A DNA stretch of 64,000 bases, from the sequence record NC_054921.1, one strand, 5' to 3'. Positions 41,704 to 52,430 of the stretch are shown here, one piece after another; within the stretch, counting starts at the first letter, position 1; every line of letters begins with the position of its first letter. The notes beneath the pieces were generated by a model. That model saw only the letters and a list, made by a program, of their open reading frames with translations. It was not told the DNA's origin and did not search any database. The stretch comes from Escherichia phage vB_EcoM_IME537. A program made the position numbers and the translations under genes.

Positions 41704-41720
41704 AAGGGCCGAAGCCCCTT
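41704..41720 (-). terminator. GC hairpin (GGGC-UUCG-GCCC) downstream of regA
   Basis: Inverted repeat with UUCG loop between regA and gene 43. Confidence 0.4.
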
Positions 41721-41722
41721 GC

Positions 41723-42091
41723 TTAATTACCAATCGTATATTTGGGAACGAGTTTCCATTCATGTTTTTGCTTAAAAGAAATAACTCGGAAGTTATTAGT
41801 TAAATCTTTCATAAAAGTTCTTTGACCTGGAGCGATTTCAATCAGTCCCCAATCTTCTAACAGCCATGCAATCGAATCACGACGAACTTCATCTTCTTCT
41901 GTCATTTCAACCTGGCGACCATCCATACGAAGCATTTCTTTAAAATGAACGATATAGTATAGTCCTTTTTTCTGGAGAATATGACAGGATTGATACAGAA
42001 CTTTATCTTTATTATTAGCAATTCCCATACGAGTCAAAGTTTCTTTAACTTTCAGAAAATCTTCAGGTTTTTTAAGAGTAATTTCAATCAT
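41723..42091 (-). CDS. regA: Translational repressor RegA
   Basis: 122 aa; same size and position as T4 RegA. Confidence 0.85.
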   Translation of the reverse strand: MIEITLKKPEDFLKVKETLTRMGIANNKDKVLYQSCHILQKKGLYYIVHFKEMLRMDGRQVEMTEEDEVRRDSIAWLLEDWGLIEIAPGQRTFMKDLTNNFRVISFKQKHEWKLVPKYTIGN

Positions 42092-42092
42092 T

Positions 42093-42656
42093 TTACCATT
42101 CCAATGCTAGTTTTTTGAGTTGTTTCTGTTCTTTTACATTCTTAGTCACTTCTTTCAAAAAATCATCCGTGACTAAACCTTTTAGTTCTTTTAATACTAA
42201 AGAAAGTTTTCCATTTTTAGTAAGAATTGATTTATAGTTAATTGCATCATTTGTATTAACTTGATACCGCTTAGCAAGTAACTTAATAATCAATACTTCG
42301 GTAGAATCTTCAACCAGTTTTGCCCATTTACCATATCTTTTACCACGAGGAACAGCAGCCATTAGATAATTAAAATGGGCTTCATCGCTTAAACCTGATC
42401 CAATTAAATTCATAGCATATACAGCTGGCATGCACTCAGGAAATTGTGATAATGCATTCTCAACCATGTATTTTGAATAATCTTTTTGAGCAATAGAGCA
42501 TTTAGTTTTATTATTAATAGCTCCAATTATTTCAAAAAACTCATTTTCAGCTTTTTCCTTAAAAGAATCAGCAGCAGATTGGACAGCTGTCCAATCTTTT
42601 GAATACCAAGCAACTTGATGCTCGTTTAATTGAATATCATCTTCAAATAAGCTCAT
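42093..42656 (-). CDS. 62: Clamp loader small subunit gp62
   Basis: 187 aa; coupled upstream of regA and downstream of 44. Confidence 0.8.
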   Translation of the reverse strand: MSLFEDDIQLNEHQVAWYSKDWTAVQSAADSFKEKAENEFFEIIGAINNKTKCSIAQKDYSKYMVENALSQFPECMPAVYAMNLIGSGLSDEAHFNYLMAAVPRGKRYGKWAKLVEDSTEVLIIKLLAKRYQVNTNDAINYKSILTKNGKLSLVLKELKGLVTDDFLKEVTKNVKEQKQLKKLALEW

Positions 42657-42657
42657 A

Positions 42658-43632
42658 TCACTTCCACTGCATTTCGCATGCCAATTGAATGAAAAGATAT
42701 GCTAAATGTAATTCCGTATTAGCCGCAATTCCATGATACTGGTTATTTTCACCAACAATTTCATACATACGAATAATACTTTGCGGAGTTACGCGTGTAT
42801 AAATTTCTTCGGCAAGTTTACCTACGAACCACGAATAATCAGCTGCATATTTTGGTGCTAAAGCTCTGAGCTGTTTAACATCTTTATTTTTGAGAGATTC
42901 AAGAACATCATCAATAGCACCACGATCGTTAGTAACCAGTGATAAAATACCAGCATCCAAAACACCTTTAGATGAATAACTATCGAGCTCGCCAATAGTT
43001 TTACGAAAATCAGGAAAATTCTTTTTAACCAAAGCTGCTACAACTTTCATATCAGCTATAGCAATTCCTTCACGCTTACAGATTTCAGTCAATCGCCGAA
43101 TCATCTGCTTCATCATTTCAATTTTATCTTCATCGGTCGGTTGACCGAACGTAATAACTCGACAGCGTGACTGAAGTGGTTTAATAATACCATCAATATT
43201 GTTAGCAGTAATAATAATACTACAGTTTGAACTATAAGCTTCCATAAAGGAACGAAGATGTCGCTGAGACTCTGCTAATCCTGAACGGTCAAATTCATCA
43301 ATGACGATTACTTTTTGACGGCCATCAAATGAAGCTGCACTAGCAAAATTGGTCAAAGGACCGCGAACGAAATCAATTTTACAATCTGACCCATTCACAA
43401 ACATCATATCAGCATTTACGTCATGACACAATGCTTTTGCTACGGTTGTTTTACCTGTTCCTGGAGAAGGAGAATGAAGAATAATATGTGGAATCTTACC
43501 TTTACTTGTAATAGATTTAAAGGTTTCTTTATCAAAGGCGGGAAGAATACATTCATCGATAGTAGATGGACGATATTTCTGTTCAAGAATGTGTTCTTTT
43601 TCATTTACAGTAATCATAATTTCCTCATTCAA
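42658..43632 (-). CDS. 44: Clamp loader large subunit gp44 (AAA+)
   Basis: 324 aa; Walker A SPGTGKTT, Walker B DEFD, SRC-like arginine finger region. Confidence 0.9.
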   Translation of the reverse strand: MNEEIMITVNEKEHILEQKYRPSTIDECILPAFDKETFKSITSKGKIPHIILHSPSPGTGKTTVAKALCHDVNADMMFVNGSDCKIDFVRGPLTNFASAASFDGRQKVIVIDEFDRSGLAESQRHLRSFMEAYSSNCSIIITANNIDGIIKPLQSRCRVITFGQPTDEDKIEMMKQMIRRLTEICKREGIAIADMKVVAALVKKNFPDFRKTIGELDSYSSKGVLDAGILSLVTNDRGAIDDVLESLKNKDVKQLRALAPKYAADYSWFVGKLAEEIYTRVTPQSIIRMYEIVGENNQYHGIAANTELHLAYLFIQLACEMQWK

Positions 43633-43640
43633 GTTTTAGT

Positions 43641-43667
43641 GTAAATTATAAAGGGCCGAAGCCCTTT
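43641..43667 (-). terminator. GC hairpin (AAGGGC-UUCG-GCCCUU) between genes 45 and 44
   Basis: Inverted repeat with UUCG loop followed by U/A-rich stretch. Confidence 0.4.
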
Positions 43668-43668
43668 A

Positions 43669-44355
43669 TTAAAAGTCGTGGGTAGAATCAGCTTCAAGAG
43701 CTACTACATAATTCGCGTGTTCACCTTCAAATTTAGCAGCACCTTGTTTACCTTTTGCCCAGAGCAGAAGTTTATAATTTCCTGGTTGCATTTTCATATT
43801 TGCCATATTGATAATGAAATTAAATGTATTTTCACCATCATAATCACCAAGAGTCAAAGAATATTTAACACGAGTCAAAGCAGAATCTTCTACTTTATTA
43901 AAACCGTTAATTACGATTTTACCTTCTTTTACTGTGATAGCAATTGTATCAATCTGCAGACCACGAGATACACGCAATAGCTGTTGAAGGTCTTCAGCTT
44001 TAATTTCAGTAACAACAGATGCTACCGGGAATGGAATTGGTTTATTAGGAGCAACTACTGTACTCGGATCGGCTGCTGGCCAAAAAATTGTTGAACGGGC
44101 ATCAGCAATTTTAATATTACCATCTTCTGACTGGGAAATTTCTGCATCATCATTAACTAGAGACAGAATACCGAGAAAACCGTTCAAATCGTAAATTGCT
44201 ACATCAAAATCAATAGTGTCAGAAATATTTGCTTCCGCATAAGTTGTACCATTAACCGCGCGAGTCATAATAAATTGACCGGATTTAAGCATAATACCAG
44301 AGTTAATAGTAGCGAAATTTTTAAGCAGAGCAGTAGTATCTTTAGACAGTTTCAT
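43669..44355 (-). CDS. 45: Sliding clamp gp45
   Basis: 228 aa; same size as T4 gp45. Confidence 0.85.
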   Translation of the reverse strand: MKLSKDTTALLKNFATINSGIMLKSGQFIMTRAVNGTTYAEANISDTIDFDVAIYDLNGFLGILSLVNDDAEISQSEDGNIKIADARSTIFWPAADPSTVVAPNKPIPFPVASVVTEIKAEDLQQLLRVSRGLQIDTIAITVKEGKIVINGFNKVEDSALTRVKYSLTLGDYDGENTFNFIINMANMKMQPGNYKLLLWAKGKQGAAKFEGEHANYVVALEADSTHDF

Positions 44356-44410
44356 GTAATTTCCTTCAATTCAAATGAGATTTAATTTTATAACTAATTT
44401 AATAAAGCAA

Positions 44411-44800
44411 TTAACGATTAAAATCAGCAGCAATTGTTTCCGCAACAATTTGAGCAGCAACAATTAGACGTTCATCTGCATTACCGCAATAATTATCTTC
44501 AAGGCGTTCACCGCATGAAGTCATAATAAATTTAGCACCAGCATTTAGAGATTCTGCCGTATGTTTGCGCATCAGTTCAATCCATTTATCACTCACTTCA
44601 CGATCGATAGCTTCATAATATGCATGACGAGCAGGTGCAGATTTAATTTTGTTCTGAATAACTTCCATTGCGTTATCAGAAAGAGACAAAACCCATGCTC
44701 GACGAATTTTATTTTGGTTTTGTGGATTTGATTCAGAACGCACGTGTTTTGGCTGAATATCTTTTACATCAACAGTATAATTCACAGTAATTTTAGTCAT
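44411..44800 (-). CDS. rpbA: RNA polymerase-binding protein RpbA-like
   Basis: 129 aa at the T4 rpbA position. Confidence 0.6.
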   Translation of the reverse strand: MTKITVNYTVDVKDIQPKHVRSESNPQNQNKIRRAWVLSLSDNAMEVIQNKIKSAPARHAYYEAIDREVSDKWIELMRKHTAESLNAGAKFIMTSCGERLEDNYCGNADERLIVAAQIVAETIAADFNR

Positions 44801-44809
44801 AATACACCT

Positions 44810-44998
44810 TTAGTCATAATAATCAGTAACAGTCCAAGCATCATTTCTGTTGGACATTATTTTCGTATATTCTGATTTAAATGCATTCTTAAGCATAGAT
44901 TCAGTAACTATATGCTCTTCATTAGAAAAATTATTTCTCAGAATATATCGTTTTATTTCAGGAATAGTTAATAGATGCTGTCCAGTTGAATATTCCAT
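44810..44998 (-). CDS. Hypothetical protein 45.2-like
   Basis: 62 aa. Confidence 0.45.
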   Translation of the reverse strand: MEYSTGQHLLTIPEIKRYILRNNFSNEEHIVTESMLKNAFKSEYTKIMSNRNDAWTVTDYYD

Positions 44999-45053
44999 GT
45001 TTTTCCTCCATAGAGATTATACTCTAATAAATTAAAGCATAATCTCTTATAAA

Positions 45054-46736
45054 TTAAACCATTACAGTAAACCGACCAACTTTCTTCATTTGAAGATGCT
45101 GACCATATGCTTGTGGGTCATGGTCTCTATGTGAAATAACAAAAACATTAGTATTTTTTAAACTATCTAAAATAGTTGAAATAGCTTTTACACCTTCAAC
45201 ATCGGTTGCTGAATCAAAAACTTCATCGAGAATTAGTGTGTTTATTTTAACACCTGAAACTTTTTCAGCAATATCACGCCAAGTAAATAAAAGAGCAATA
45301 TCAATTCGTGCTTTTTCACCTTGACTAAATGAAGCATAACTAAAATCTTCACGACCACGGGATTTAATTGTCTCATTAAATTCTTCATCTAATGTAAACA
45401 CATAATCCGCTTCCATTATTTTAAGATAATGGTTAATCTGCTTATTAAATAATGGAATGTACTTTTTAATAATAGCACCTTTAATACCAGAATCTTTGAG
45501 CATGTCAGTCAAAATTCCTCTGTGGTATTTTTCCATTACTAAATTAGTTTTTGTCTTAACAATTTTATCAAGTTCTTCTTGAAGCAGTGCTATTTCATCA
45601 GCATGGTCAATAAACTCAGATGATGCTTTTTCTATAGCCGCTTTAACTTTTTTAGCTTTATCTACCGTCGTGATTAAGGATTGCTTTTTATTGCGAATAT
45701 CATTTGCCAACGTCTGCTGGGTTTTAATATTATCTCGGTATTCATCAACAAGAACTTTTAAATTATCACGATGTGTTGAAAGCTGTTCAAACGAATGCGT
45801 GCATTCAGAAACTTTATCTTTAATTTTAGAAACAACTTTATCACCGGAACTTAATTGTGACAAACAGGTTGGACATAATCCACCTTCGTGATACATATTA
45901 ATGACTTTATTATATGAGTCAATTTTTGATTTAATTAAAAATGCTTCTTGACCGATTTTATTAAATGCATCAGTCGGGTCTTCATCTAAAACAATATTAA
46001 CTAATCTTTCATTAGCTTCTTCTATTTCCGATTTTAGCGTTCTAGCTTCTTTTGCCAAATCATCGTACATATTCTGCAGACGAGTAAGGTTGTCACCAGA
46101 CAATTTTTTCTGGCGTTCAACATTATCATTATATATTTTAATTTGCTGGATAATACTATCTTTTTTAACATCAAGCACTTGGTTTTGTGAATTTAATTCA
46201 CGTATTAGTGCTTTATTAAGCTTATCCATTTCAGCTAATGTTCCTACCTCGAGCAGGTCTTCGACGAGTTTTCTTCTTGCAGGAGTGGATAGGCCCATAA
46301 AAGGGGTATATCCAGCCGTGCCGAGTACGACGATCTGTTTGAAACTGGCGTATGACATTCCGATAAGCTGTTCAAATTCTGCTTGGAAATCTTTACTGCT
46401 GGCAGATTCATTAAGACGTGTACCGTTAACGGTGATTTCGAAAACATTTGGTTTTTGTCCTCTTTTGATATAGTACTTTTTCTCATCATATTCCATCCAC
46501 AGCTCAACTAAAAGCTCTTTCTTATTTGTGCTGTTTATTAATTGGCCTTTCTTTACATCACGAAATGGCTTGCCAAAAAGCCCAAATGTGATGGCTTCTA
46601 ACATAGTAGACTTACCACCGCCATTTCGTCCAGTAATAAGAGTTTTTTGAACCTTATCTAATTGAATGTCAATAGGATTTCCACCTACTGACATTATATT
46701 TTGATACCTAACTCGGTTTAGTTTAAAATTCTTCAC
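45054..46736 (-). CDS. 46: Recombination endonuclease subunit gp46 (Rad50/SbcC-like ATPase)
   Basis: 560 aa; Walker A GRNGGGKST, long coiled-coil with CPTC zinc hook-like motif, C-terminal Walker B/D-loop (LILDEVFD). Confidence 0.9.
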   Translation of the reverse strand: MKNFKLNRVRYQNIMSVGGNPIDIQLDKVQKTLITGRNGGGKSTMLEAITFGLFGKPFRDVKKGQLINSTNKKELLVELWMEYDEKKYYIKRGQKPNVFEITVNGTRLNESASSKDFQAEFEQLIGMSYASFKQIVVLGTAGYTPFMGLSTPARRKLVEDLLEVGTLAEMDKLNKALIRELNSQNQVLDVKKDSIIQQIKIYNDNVERQKKLSGDNLTRLQNMYDDLAKEARTLKSEIEEANERLVNIVLDEDPTDAFNKIGQEAFLIKSKIDSYNKVINMYHEGGLCPTCLSQLSSGDKVVSKIKDKVSECTHSFEQLSTHRDNLKVLVDEYRDNIKTQQTLANDIRNKKQSLITTVDKAKKVKAAIEKASSEFIDHADEIALLQEELDKIVKTKTNLVMEKYHRGILTDMLKDSGIKGAIIKKYIPLFNKQINHYLKIMEADYVFTLDEEFNETIKSRGREDFSYASFSQGEKARIDIALLFTWRDIAEKVSGVKINTLILDEVFDSATDVEGVKAISTILDSLKNTNVFVISHRDHDPQAYGQHLQMKKVGRFTVMV

Positions 46737-46996
46737 AAAAGATTCCTTTTAATGTATCTTTTAGACCATTCTATCATATCATCATAATCTAAAAAGTATT
46801 CATCAAATTCAGCCATGCAAACAACACCTTGTGCTGCTTTTGATGTGATATAAATTATTCCAACATATCTAGAATCTTCTTCGGTGTAATCAATATTTGC
46901 TATGAATTCATCGTTAATGTCAAATGTCGAAAACTTCACAGTATGCATCCTTAATACAAGATACAGCCATATCTTGTAATGATTTAGGTGTGTCAT
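46733..46996 (-). CDS. Hypothetical protein
   Basis: 87 aa; overlaps the next ORF by 77 nt in a different frame. Confidence 0.4.
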   Translation of the reverse strand: MTHLNHYKIWLYLVLRMHTVKFSTFDINDEFIANIDYTEEDSRYVGIIYITSKAAQGVVCMAEFDEYFLDYDDMIEWSKRYIKRNLL

Positions 46997-47183
46997 TATC
47001 TAAAATGTTGAAGTTAAAAGATACAGCCCAGTCAGTGCAGACCGTAACCTTTTTAATACAATTATCTTCAACTTCTAGCGGTTCAAACCAATATTCAATA
47101 ATTTCTTTATGCCCAATATCATCTTTTACTTCGCATTCAAAATGCTGACTCATCATAACATTTTTAAATTCATCAAAAGTCAT
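46920..47183 (-). CDS. Hypothetical protein
   Basis: 87 aa, acidic; overlaps the preceding ORF. Confidence 0.4.
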   Translation of the reverse strand: MTFDEFKNVMMSQHFECEVKDDIGHKEIIEYWFEPLEVEDNCIKKVTVCTDWAVSFNFNILDNDTPKSLQDMAVSCIKDAYCEVFDI

Positions 47184-48199
47184 TGTGTTGCCTCTACATA
47201 TAACTGATTTGCATATTGAATAAGTGCTTCGCGATCAGAATCAGTGATGTCTGGAATTGCATTAATGTATTCTTCCATCAATGTCTGAAGAGATTGAACT
47301 TCAACTTCTTCATTATCATCTGACTCAACAGAGTTATCAATCTTTGACACAACTCGTAATGAATGCACAACTTTTTCTAGTTCAGATTCGAACTTCGTCA
47401 GATTTTTGTCTACCTCAGTTACTATAACACGTACTGACAGATTTGTAAAATCTTTGTAGTCAATTTTTCCCTTAAATGGGTATTGAATTCGACGATGCCA
47501 AGTAGTGTTGTTTGGAATAAATTCCATTCGTTCTGTTTCTGTATCAAACATCCAGAACCCGCGAGGGTCATTCTCGTCACCTGCAGTTAGTGTCCATGGT
47601 GTCCCAATATATCTGACGTTAGCAGCCTCAGAGATAGTATGGAAGTGACCAGACCACACTTCTTTATAAGTCTTAAGGAAATCAGGTTCAAGACCGTGAG
47701 ATTTCATTCCTTTATAAAAATAAAATCCATTCAGTTCCCAGTGACCAACACAAAAAGAAGCAGATGAAGTTTTGATGTGTTCAAGAATTTCACCAGTATT
47801 TTCTTCACACATCCAAGGAATTAAATCAATCAAACATCCGTCAAAATCTACTGTAGTAGGCTTATCATATACTTTAACATTAGGATATTTAGCCAAAAGC
47901 TCAGTAGAAGCATTTGGAGTTAAAGTATTTTTAAAGTGCATATCATGGTTTCCTACAACAGTATGTAGGGTAATACCAGCATCATCAAGCATTTGAACTA
48001 TTTCACGGGCAAACTCCATAGTTTTATGTGTGATTGCTTTTCGCACATCAAAAATATCACCATATTGAATCCATGTAGTAATTCCATTTTTCTTAGAATA
48101 TTCTATCGCCTGCTTAATTCCATCCAACTGGATTGATTGAACCCACTCATCATCGGCTTTAACGCCTAAATGCCAATCACCTAAATTTAAAATTTTCAT
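47180..48199 (-). CDS. 47: Recombination nuclease gp47 (Mre11/SbcD-like)
   Basis: 339 aa; metallophosphoesterase motifs (GDWHLG, GDIFD, GNHD, GHWE/GH.H). Confidence 0.9.
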   Translation of the reverse strand: MKILNLGDWHLGVKADDEWVQSIQLDGIKQAIEYSKKNGITTWIQYGDIFDVRKAITHKTMEFAREIVQMLDDAGITLHTVVGNHDMHFKNTLTPNASTELLAKYPNVKVYDKPTTVDFDGCLIDLIPWMCEENTGEILEHIKTSSASFCVGHWELNGFYFYKGMKSHGLEPDFLKTYKEVWSGHFHTISEAANVRYIGTPWTLTAGDENDPRGFWMFDTETERMEFIPNNTTWHRRIQYPFKGKIDYKDFTNLSVRVIVTEVDKNLTKFESELEKVVHSLRVVSKIDNSVESDDNEEVEVQSLQTLMEEYINAIPDITDSDREALIQYANQLYVEATQ

Positions 48200-48360
48200 A
48201 TATCAAGAACCGTCATTGAAATGCAAAATAAAATTATTGAAATAAATCCATCTGGAGTGCTAAAGAACCCAATCCAACATGCTCTAGCAAATAGATAAAA
48301 TGCAAGAAAAAGTATCACATATCCAAGAAATATCATTATATCAAACTCCGTATAAAGCTA

Positions 48361-48376
48361 AAGGGCCGAAGCCCTT
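48361..48376 (-). terminator. GC hairpin (AAGGGC-UUCG-GCCCUU) at 3' end of alpha-gt
   Basis: Inverted repeat with UUCG loop overlapping the alpha-gt stop codon. Confidence 0.35.
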
Positions 48377-49578
48377 TATTTTGTAATAATGTCAAACTGT
48401 TCTTTAAAGCAGAAGCTTGAATCTTGGTGCTGATACAAAAATTCATAAGCTTTTTCACGTTCACGGTCATAAAGAGCTCGGTCAGATGACAGTTCTTTAA
48501 TACGTTCAAATGTTGATTCCATGTCATTTTCATCAAACCAAACGATACCGCTATCGTGCGAAATTAATGGAGTATTATCAACACGGAATTTTAAATTTTC
48601 GCCAGTAGATTTCCAAAATACTGGAATTGTTCCACATGCACCAAGCTCGAGATGAGTATATTCTAAAGAACGCTGTAGATATTTTTTATCTAATTTACTC
48701 AGCTGATAACCAAATCCGGATTTACTCATGCGTTCAAGCATTTCGCTATTTACATAACGGTCGAGAATTTGCGTCGGCAAATTAGGAGCAATTTTAATTT
48801 GGTCTACTTGATGAAGACGATAATACTCGTATGGAATTCCTTTTTCTTTAATAGGAATGAACGCTGGAGAACGTTCCAGACCTTCCATAATAGTACTTAG
48901 TCCTGCAGGTTTAAGATGTTTTTCGTGAAAATCAAACATCTGATAAAAGCCTTTCCATGTAGTAGTACGACCAATCCAACGATTGATATTCATGTTAATT
49001 TCAGAAACATCTTTCCAGTAGGTTGATCGAACCTTCGCAATATCCATGGGAGGCTGAAAGTTATATACGGTCGGTGCTTCTTCAATATCATCAAATAGAG
49101 AAACAGTTTCCGGATACCATTCTTTCATCAGAACTTTATTAAAATCACCATTATCAGAATGGCTAAAAATAACATCAGCCCGACGAACAGTTTCTTCTAA
49201 TCCCAAATTTCGACGCAAAGAAAGAGAAGAATGGTCATGCTGATAAACTACAACACGAACCGAAGGTTTAATGTTATCAATAATTTTTTTATAGTTATTA
49301 ATGGTGTCTTCTTCAACTGAAGTAGCAGGAACTGAATTGATAACTAGAATATCACAATCATTTACCAGCTTAAGCGTTTTATCGTATTCTTTTGCCAATA
49401 AAACCGGAATTGAAAATGATTTATAATCATGCGCGCAATTACGAGTAAATGATTTATCTTTAGCATAAACCAAAGTTACTTCATGACCATTTTTAATAAA
49501 CCAATCACGCTGCTCAAGAGAAAATTTAGTTACACCGCAACCTTCAAGACCTCGAGCCATAAAAATGCATACTTTCAT
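48376..49578 (-). CDS. agt: DNA alpha-glucosyltransferase
   Basis: 400 aa; MKVCIFMARGLEGCGVTKFSLEQRDWFIKNGHEV.. closely matches T4 alpha-gt as recalled. Confidence 0.9.
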   Translation of the reverse strand: MKVCIFMARGLEGCGVTKFSLEQRDWFIKNGHEVTLVYAKDKSFTRNCAHDYKSFSIPVLLAKEYDKTLKLVNDCDILVINSVPATSVEEDTINNYKKIIDNIKPSVRVVVYQHDHSSLSLRRNLGLEETVRRADVIFSHSDNGDFNKVLMKEWYPETVSLFDDIEEAPTVYNFQPPMDIAKVRSTYWKDVSEINMNINRWIGRTTTWKGFYQMFDFHEKHLKPAGLSTIMEGLERSPAFIPIKEKGIPYEYYRLHQVDQIKIAPNLPTQILDRYVNSEMLERMSKSGFGYQLSKLDKKYLQRSLEYTHLELGACGTIPVFWKSTGENLKFRVDNTPLISHDSGIVWFDENDMESTFERIKELSSDRALYDREREKAYEFLYQHQDSSFCFKEQFDIITK

Positions 49579-49821
49579 TTAATATCCTCATTGTTTTGGT
49601 TTATTTTACCAAAAATTTATAAAGCAATATAGGAGCCGAGGCTCCTATCCGCATAATACGCCATACAGAGGCTCATTAGAGCTTCTAAATTTTATGCGCT
49701 TATATGTTATAGTTCCTTCTGCTTTAGCTTTATCGTGAGCCTCTTTAAAGCGTCTCATCATTTCTACTTTAGAGGAACGAATTTTATTATAATCTATTTC
49801 AGAAGTCTGGGTGTTCATCTT

Positions 49822-50028
49822 TCACAGTTGCCACCATTTTTTGACTTGATAAGAATCAACCCACACTTTCATATTAGGGTCTGCTCTTACAATAGGAGGA
49901 TTAACTTCTTTAATTGAACTATCATGGTATTCTTTTTCAGAAATTTTCACACAAAGATGACCGTTCAAAGATTCAGTAAATCCTGCATTAATTTTAAGAC
50001 GCTTGAATTTTACGTGTGTAAGCATCAA
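49822..50028 (-). CDS. Hypothetical protein
   Basis: 68 aa. Confidence 0.4.
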   Translation of the reverse strand: MMLTHVKFKRLKINAGFTESLNGHLCVKISEKEYHDSSIKEVNPPIVRADPNMKVWVDSYQVKKWWQL

Positions 50029-50311
50029 TCATATCCTCAATCTGCGATCTAGTAGTCTTCCAAAGAATACTAATGAGTTCATCATTATATGGCTGTTTTA
50101 GAATATCCCGACTTTTCTTGATAGCATATTCGTATTGAGCAAAATTATTATTTTCAGCTGCAATTTGAGCGTGTTTATAAAGACGGTTCAGTTCGCGTTT
50201 ATTTTTAGACAATAACTTATTTGCTTTTCTTTCTGCTTCAAGACGGTTCTTTTCTTCAATAGAAGAAATAAGCTTTTCCACTTCATCATTAATTTCGGGT
50301 TTATCAGTCAT
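49994..50311 (-). CDS. Hypothetical protein
   Basis: 105 aa. Confidence 0.45.
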   Translation of the reverse strand: MTDKPEINDEVEKLISSIEEKNRLEAERKANKLLSKNKRELNRLYKHAQIAAENNNFAQYEYAIKKSRDILKQPYNDELISILWKTTRSQIEDMIDAYTRKIQAS

Positions 50312-50312
50312 A

Positions 50313-50531
50313 TTATTTCTCTAATATAAAATAAAAATCATCATCTGTTAAATGATACCGATAGTTTAATTCTACACCATTAGATTTAAAAGCGGTATCA
50401 TACGGATTTTCTGGATCAATATCAATGTCAAGAGCTAAAACTTCCCTGAGATACATTTTAAGTAAATAGGGAATAGCTTCAACTTCAGGTATTTCTTCCA
50501 AGAATCCGGAGAGGTTAATCGTTAGCCTCAT
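50313..50531 (-). CDS. Hypothetical protein
   Basis: 72 aa. Confidence 0.45.
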
Positions 50532-51078
50532 ATAAAAAATCCAAACTAGGAGAATCGTCTACAACACTTTTCTTTTCAGCCCCTGGTGTTCTATAGGTTG
50601 ATTCTTCGTAATGCGTCATTTTATCGTAGATGTCTTGAATAAAAGTTTCATCTACTAACGCAACCATATCGTCGTCACGACTGTCATAGACATTGTGAAC
50701 GAAGTAACTGTATTTCTTTGCAACTTCCTTACGTTCTTTTTTAATACGTTGGACGAATGCATTAAAACAAGCTTGAGTTATATATGCATGTGGGTTTTTA
50801 TATTTCGTTTCATCAAAATTATGAAGTCCTTTAATAGAAGCTTCTATACCATCTGCAATCATTTCTTGTTTCCAAGACTGGGTGTATCCTGAAAAGTTGA
50901 AACGTTTAGATAAGCCTTCTGCAATAAGCATAATGGCTAATCCGATAGTATCATTCTGACGAACTACTTTATTTGGGTCTTTATTATTTGCTAATTCTGT
51001 TTTCCAATCAATAATAGCTTGTAAAAGCTCTTTATTGTTTACGTAATTATATTTAGGCTTAGTTTCTGACATTTTCAC
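50515..51078 (-). CDS. 55: Late transcription sigma factor gp55
   Basis: 187 aa; T4 gp55 is about 185 aa at this position. Confidence 0.85.
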
Positions 51079-51150
51079 CTCTTAGCTCAATTCATAGATC
51101 TATTATATCATAATATTTGAAGATCTATCTTAAAGCATAGAGGATATCAG

Positions 51151-51420
51151 TTATCTAAGTAAACAGTATGCTTGGAACACTTTCTCCATCATCTTTTTAA
51201 ATTCATGAATATCTATGTAATGACTAGTTAAATCAGCATGATATAAAAAGTCTAAAAACTTTTCATGTGTGCTAACATATTCGCTTTCATTTAATTCAGA
51301 AACATGGCTTTCCCAATATCCAACACCAGTCTTATTTGGGAAAAATGAAATTTTCATATATTGGTCAACATAGAAAATTCCATAATTTTCAATAGTAATA
51401 GAAATATTAATAAATTTCAT
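51151..51420 (-). CDS. Hypothetical protein
   Basis: 89 aa. Confidence 0.45.
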   Translation of the reverse strand: MKFINISITIENYGIFYVDQYMKISFFPNKTGVGYWESHVSELNESEYVSTHEKFLDFLYHADLTSHYIDIHEFKKMMEKVFQAYCLLR

Positions 51421-51632
51421 ACATTCATCAACTTAGCCGCTTCAAGAGCTGCATCTAGTGAATCAAATTGGTCAACATATTCAATCAGTTTACCGTAATT
51501 GGCATATAACCACCATTGGCTAAATTCATACTCAAGGATGAATCCGTTTCCTTCAATTTGAGTTAAACCAATGCCGTTTGTATTTACTTCATATCCGGCA
51601 AGACGTAAATCGTTAATAAGAGCTTCGTTCAT
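51417..51632 (-). CDS. Hypothetical protein
   Basis: 71 aa. Confidence 0.45.
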   Translation of the reverse strand: MNEALINDLRLAGYEVNTNGIGLTQIEGNGFILEYEFSQWWLYANYGKLIEYVDQFDSLDAALEAAKLMNV

Positions 51633-51634
51633 AA

Positions 51635-51961
51635 TTATGCCTTAGTAATTTTCAGGTCAGCAAATTTTTTCTTGCGTTGATTTTTCATACGACGAATAGT
51701 TTTATCAGAAATTTCATGCTTTTGATAAGCTTTAGATTCTACACCAAAAGCTTTAACATCAAATTCTGACAAGATATATTGAACCATCAATTCACGGACA
51801 GTATTTCGTCCAATCTTCTGATCATTCTGTTTCATCGTCTGATGAAGCTCTTTTTCCCATTTATCCAAAATTTGAGGAGTTACAATATCGCCTTTTTCTA
51901 GCAGAGAAACTACTTTATCATATGCATAAGAATTGATAGCGTTTTTAATTTGAATAGTCAT
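51635..51961 (-). CDS. Hypothetical protein
   Basis: 108 aa, basic C-terminus. Confidence 0.45.
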   Translation of the reverse strand: MTIQIKNAINSYAYDKVVSLLEKGDIVTPQILDKWEKELHQTMKQNDQKIGRNTVRELMVQYILSEFDVKAFGVESKAYQKHEISDKTIRRMKNQRKKKFADLKITKA

Positions 51962-51992
51962 ACATTATCCTCAATTGCATTAAAATTTTATT

Positions 51993-52015
51993 ATCCAAAA
52001 AGGGCCGAAGCCCTT
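51993..52015 (-). terminator. Rho-independent terminator (GGGC-UUCG-GCCC + U-tract)
   Basis: - strand AAGGGCTTCGGCCCTT followed by TTTTGGATAAT. Confidence 0.55.
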
Positions 52016-52214
52016 ATTTAAATTGTTTGGCACCCTTCCAGCCTTCGTACATCATTGCGGCTGATATTAATATTGCCCCTGAACAGCTTGAATATTTGTG
52101 ATTCCAAAACCAGTTCAGAAAAACTTCGTCATCAATACCTTGGGCTATCATATTTTCAAAGAACTGACGACGAGCTTCGGCAATTCGTTGTGATAATTTA
52201 GATTCAGGATTCAT
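52014..52214 (-). CDS. Hypothetical protein
   Basis: 66 aa. Confidence 0.45.
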   Translation of the reverse strand: MNPESKLSQRIAEARRQFFENMIAQGIDDEVFLNWFWNHKYSSCSGAILISAAMMYEGWKGAKQFK

Positions 52215-52430
52215 TTAAATTTTCCAGTTACCATTTTCATCAATGAATTTAATCCAGTCATTTACTGACCACTTGGTCGTATCGCCTTTTGGAGCAACAT
52301 TTAAAGTGTATAATCCTTGTTTAAAAAGCATTCGTTTGATATTCATATTTTCCTCAGCTATAACGATAACACTCGTTTGATTTGCGCTTAGCAACTCGTT
52401 GAGAAGTATTGTAATCAAAATCGTCATCAA
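52215..52430 (-). CDS. Hypothetical protein
   Basis: 71 aa; overlaps the next ORF. Confidence 0.4.
   Translation of the reverse strand: MMTILITILLNELLSANQTSVIVIAEENMNIKRMLFKQGLYTLNVAPKGDTTKWSVNDWIKFIDENGNWKI

Noticed and set aside
48336-48536. 66-aa track ORF overlapping the 3' end of alpha-gt
   Set aside because: Out-of-frame overlap with the C-terminus of a confidently identified gene; a separate hydrophobic micro-ORF (about 48200-48340) is the more likely real gene in the 47/alpha-gt gap.
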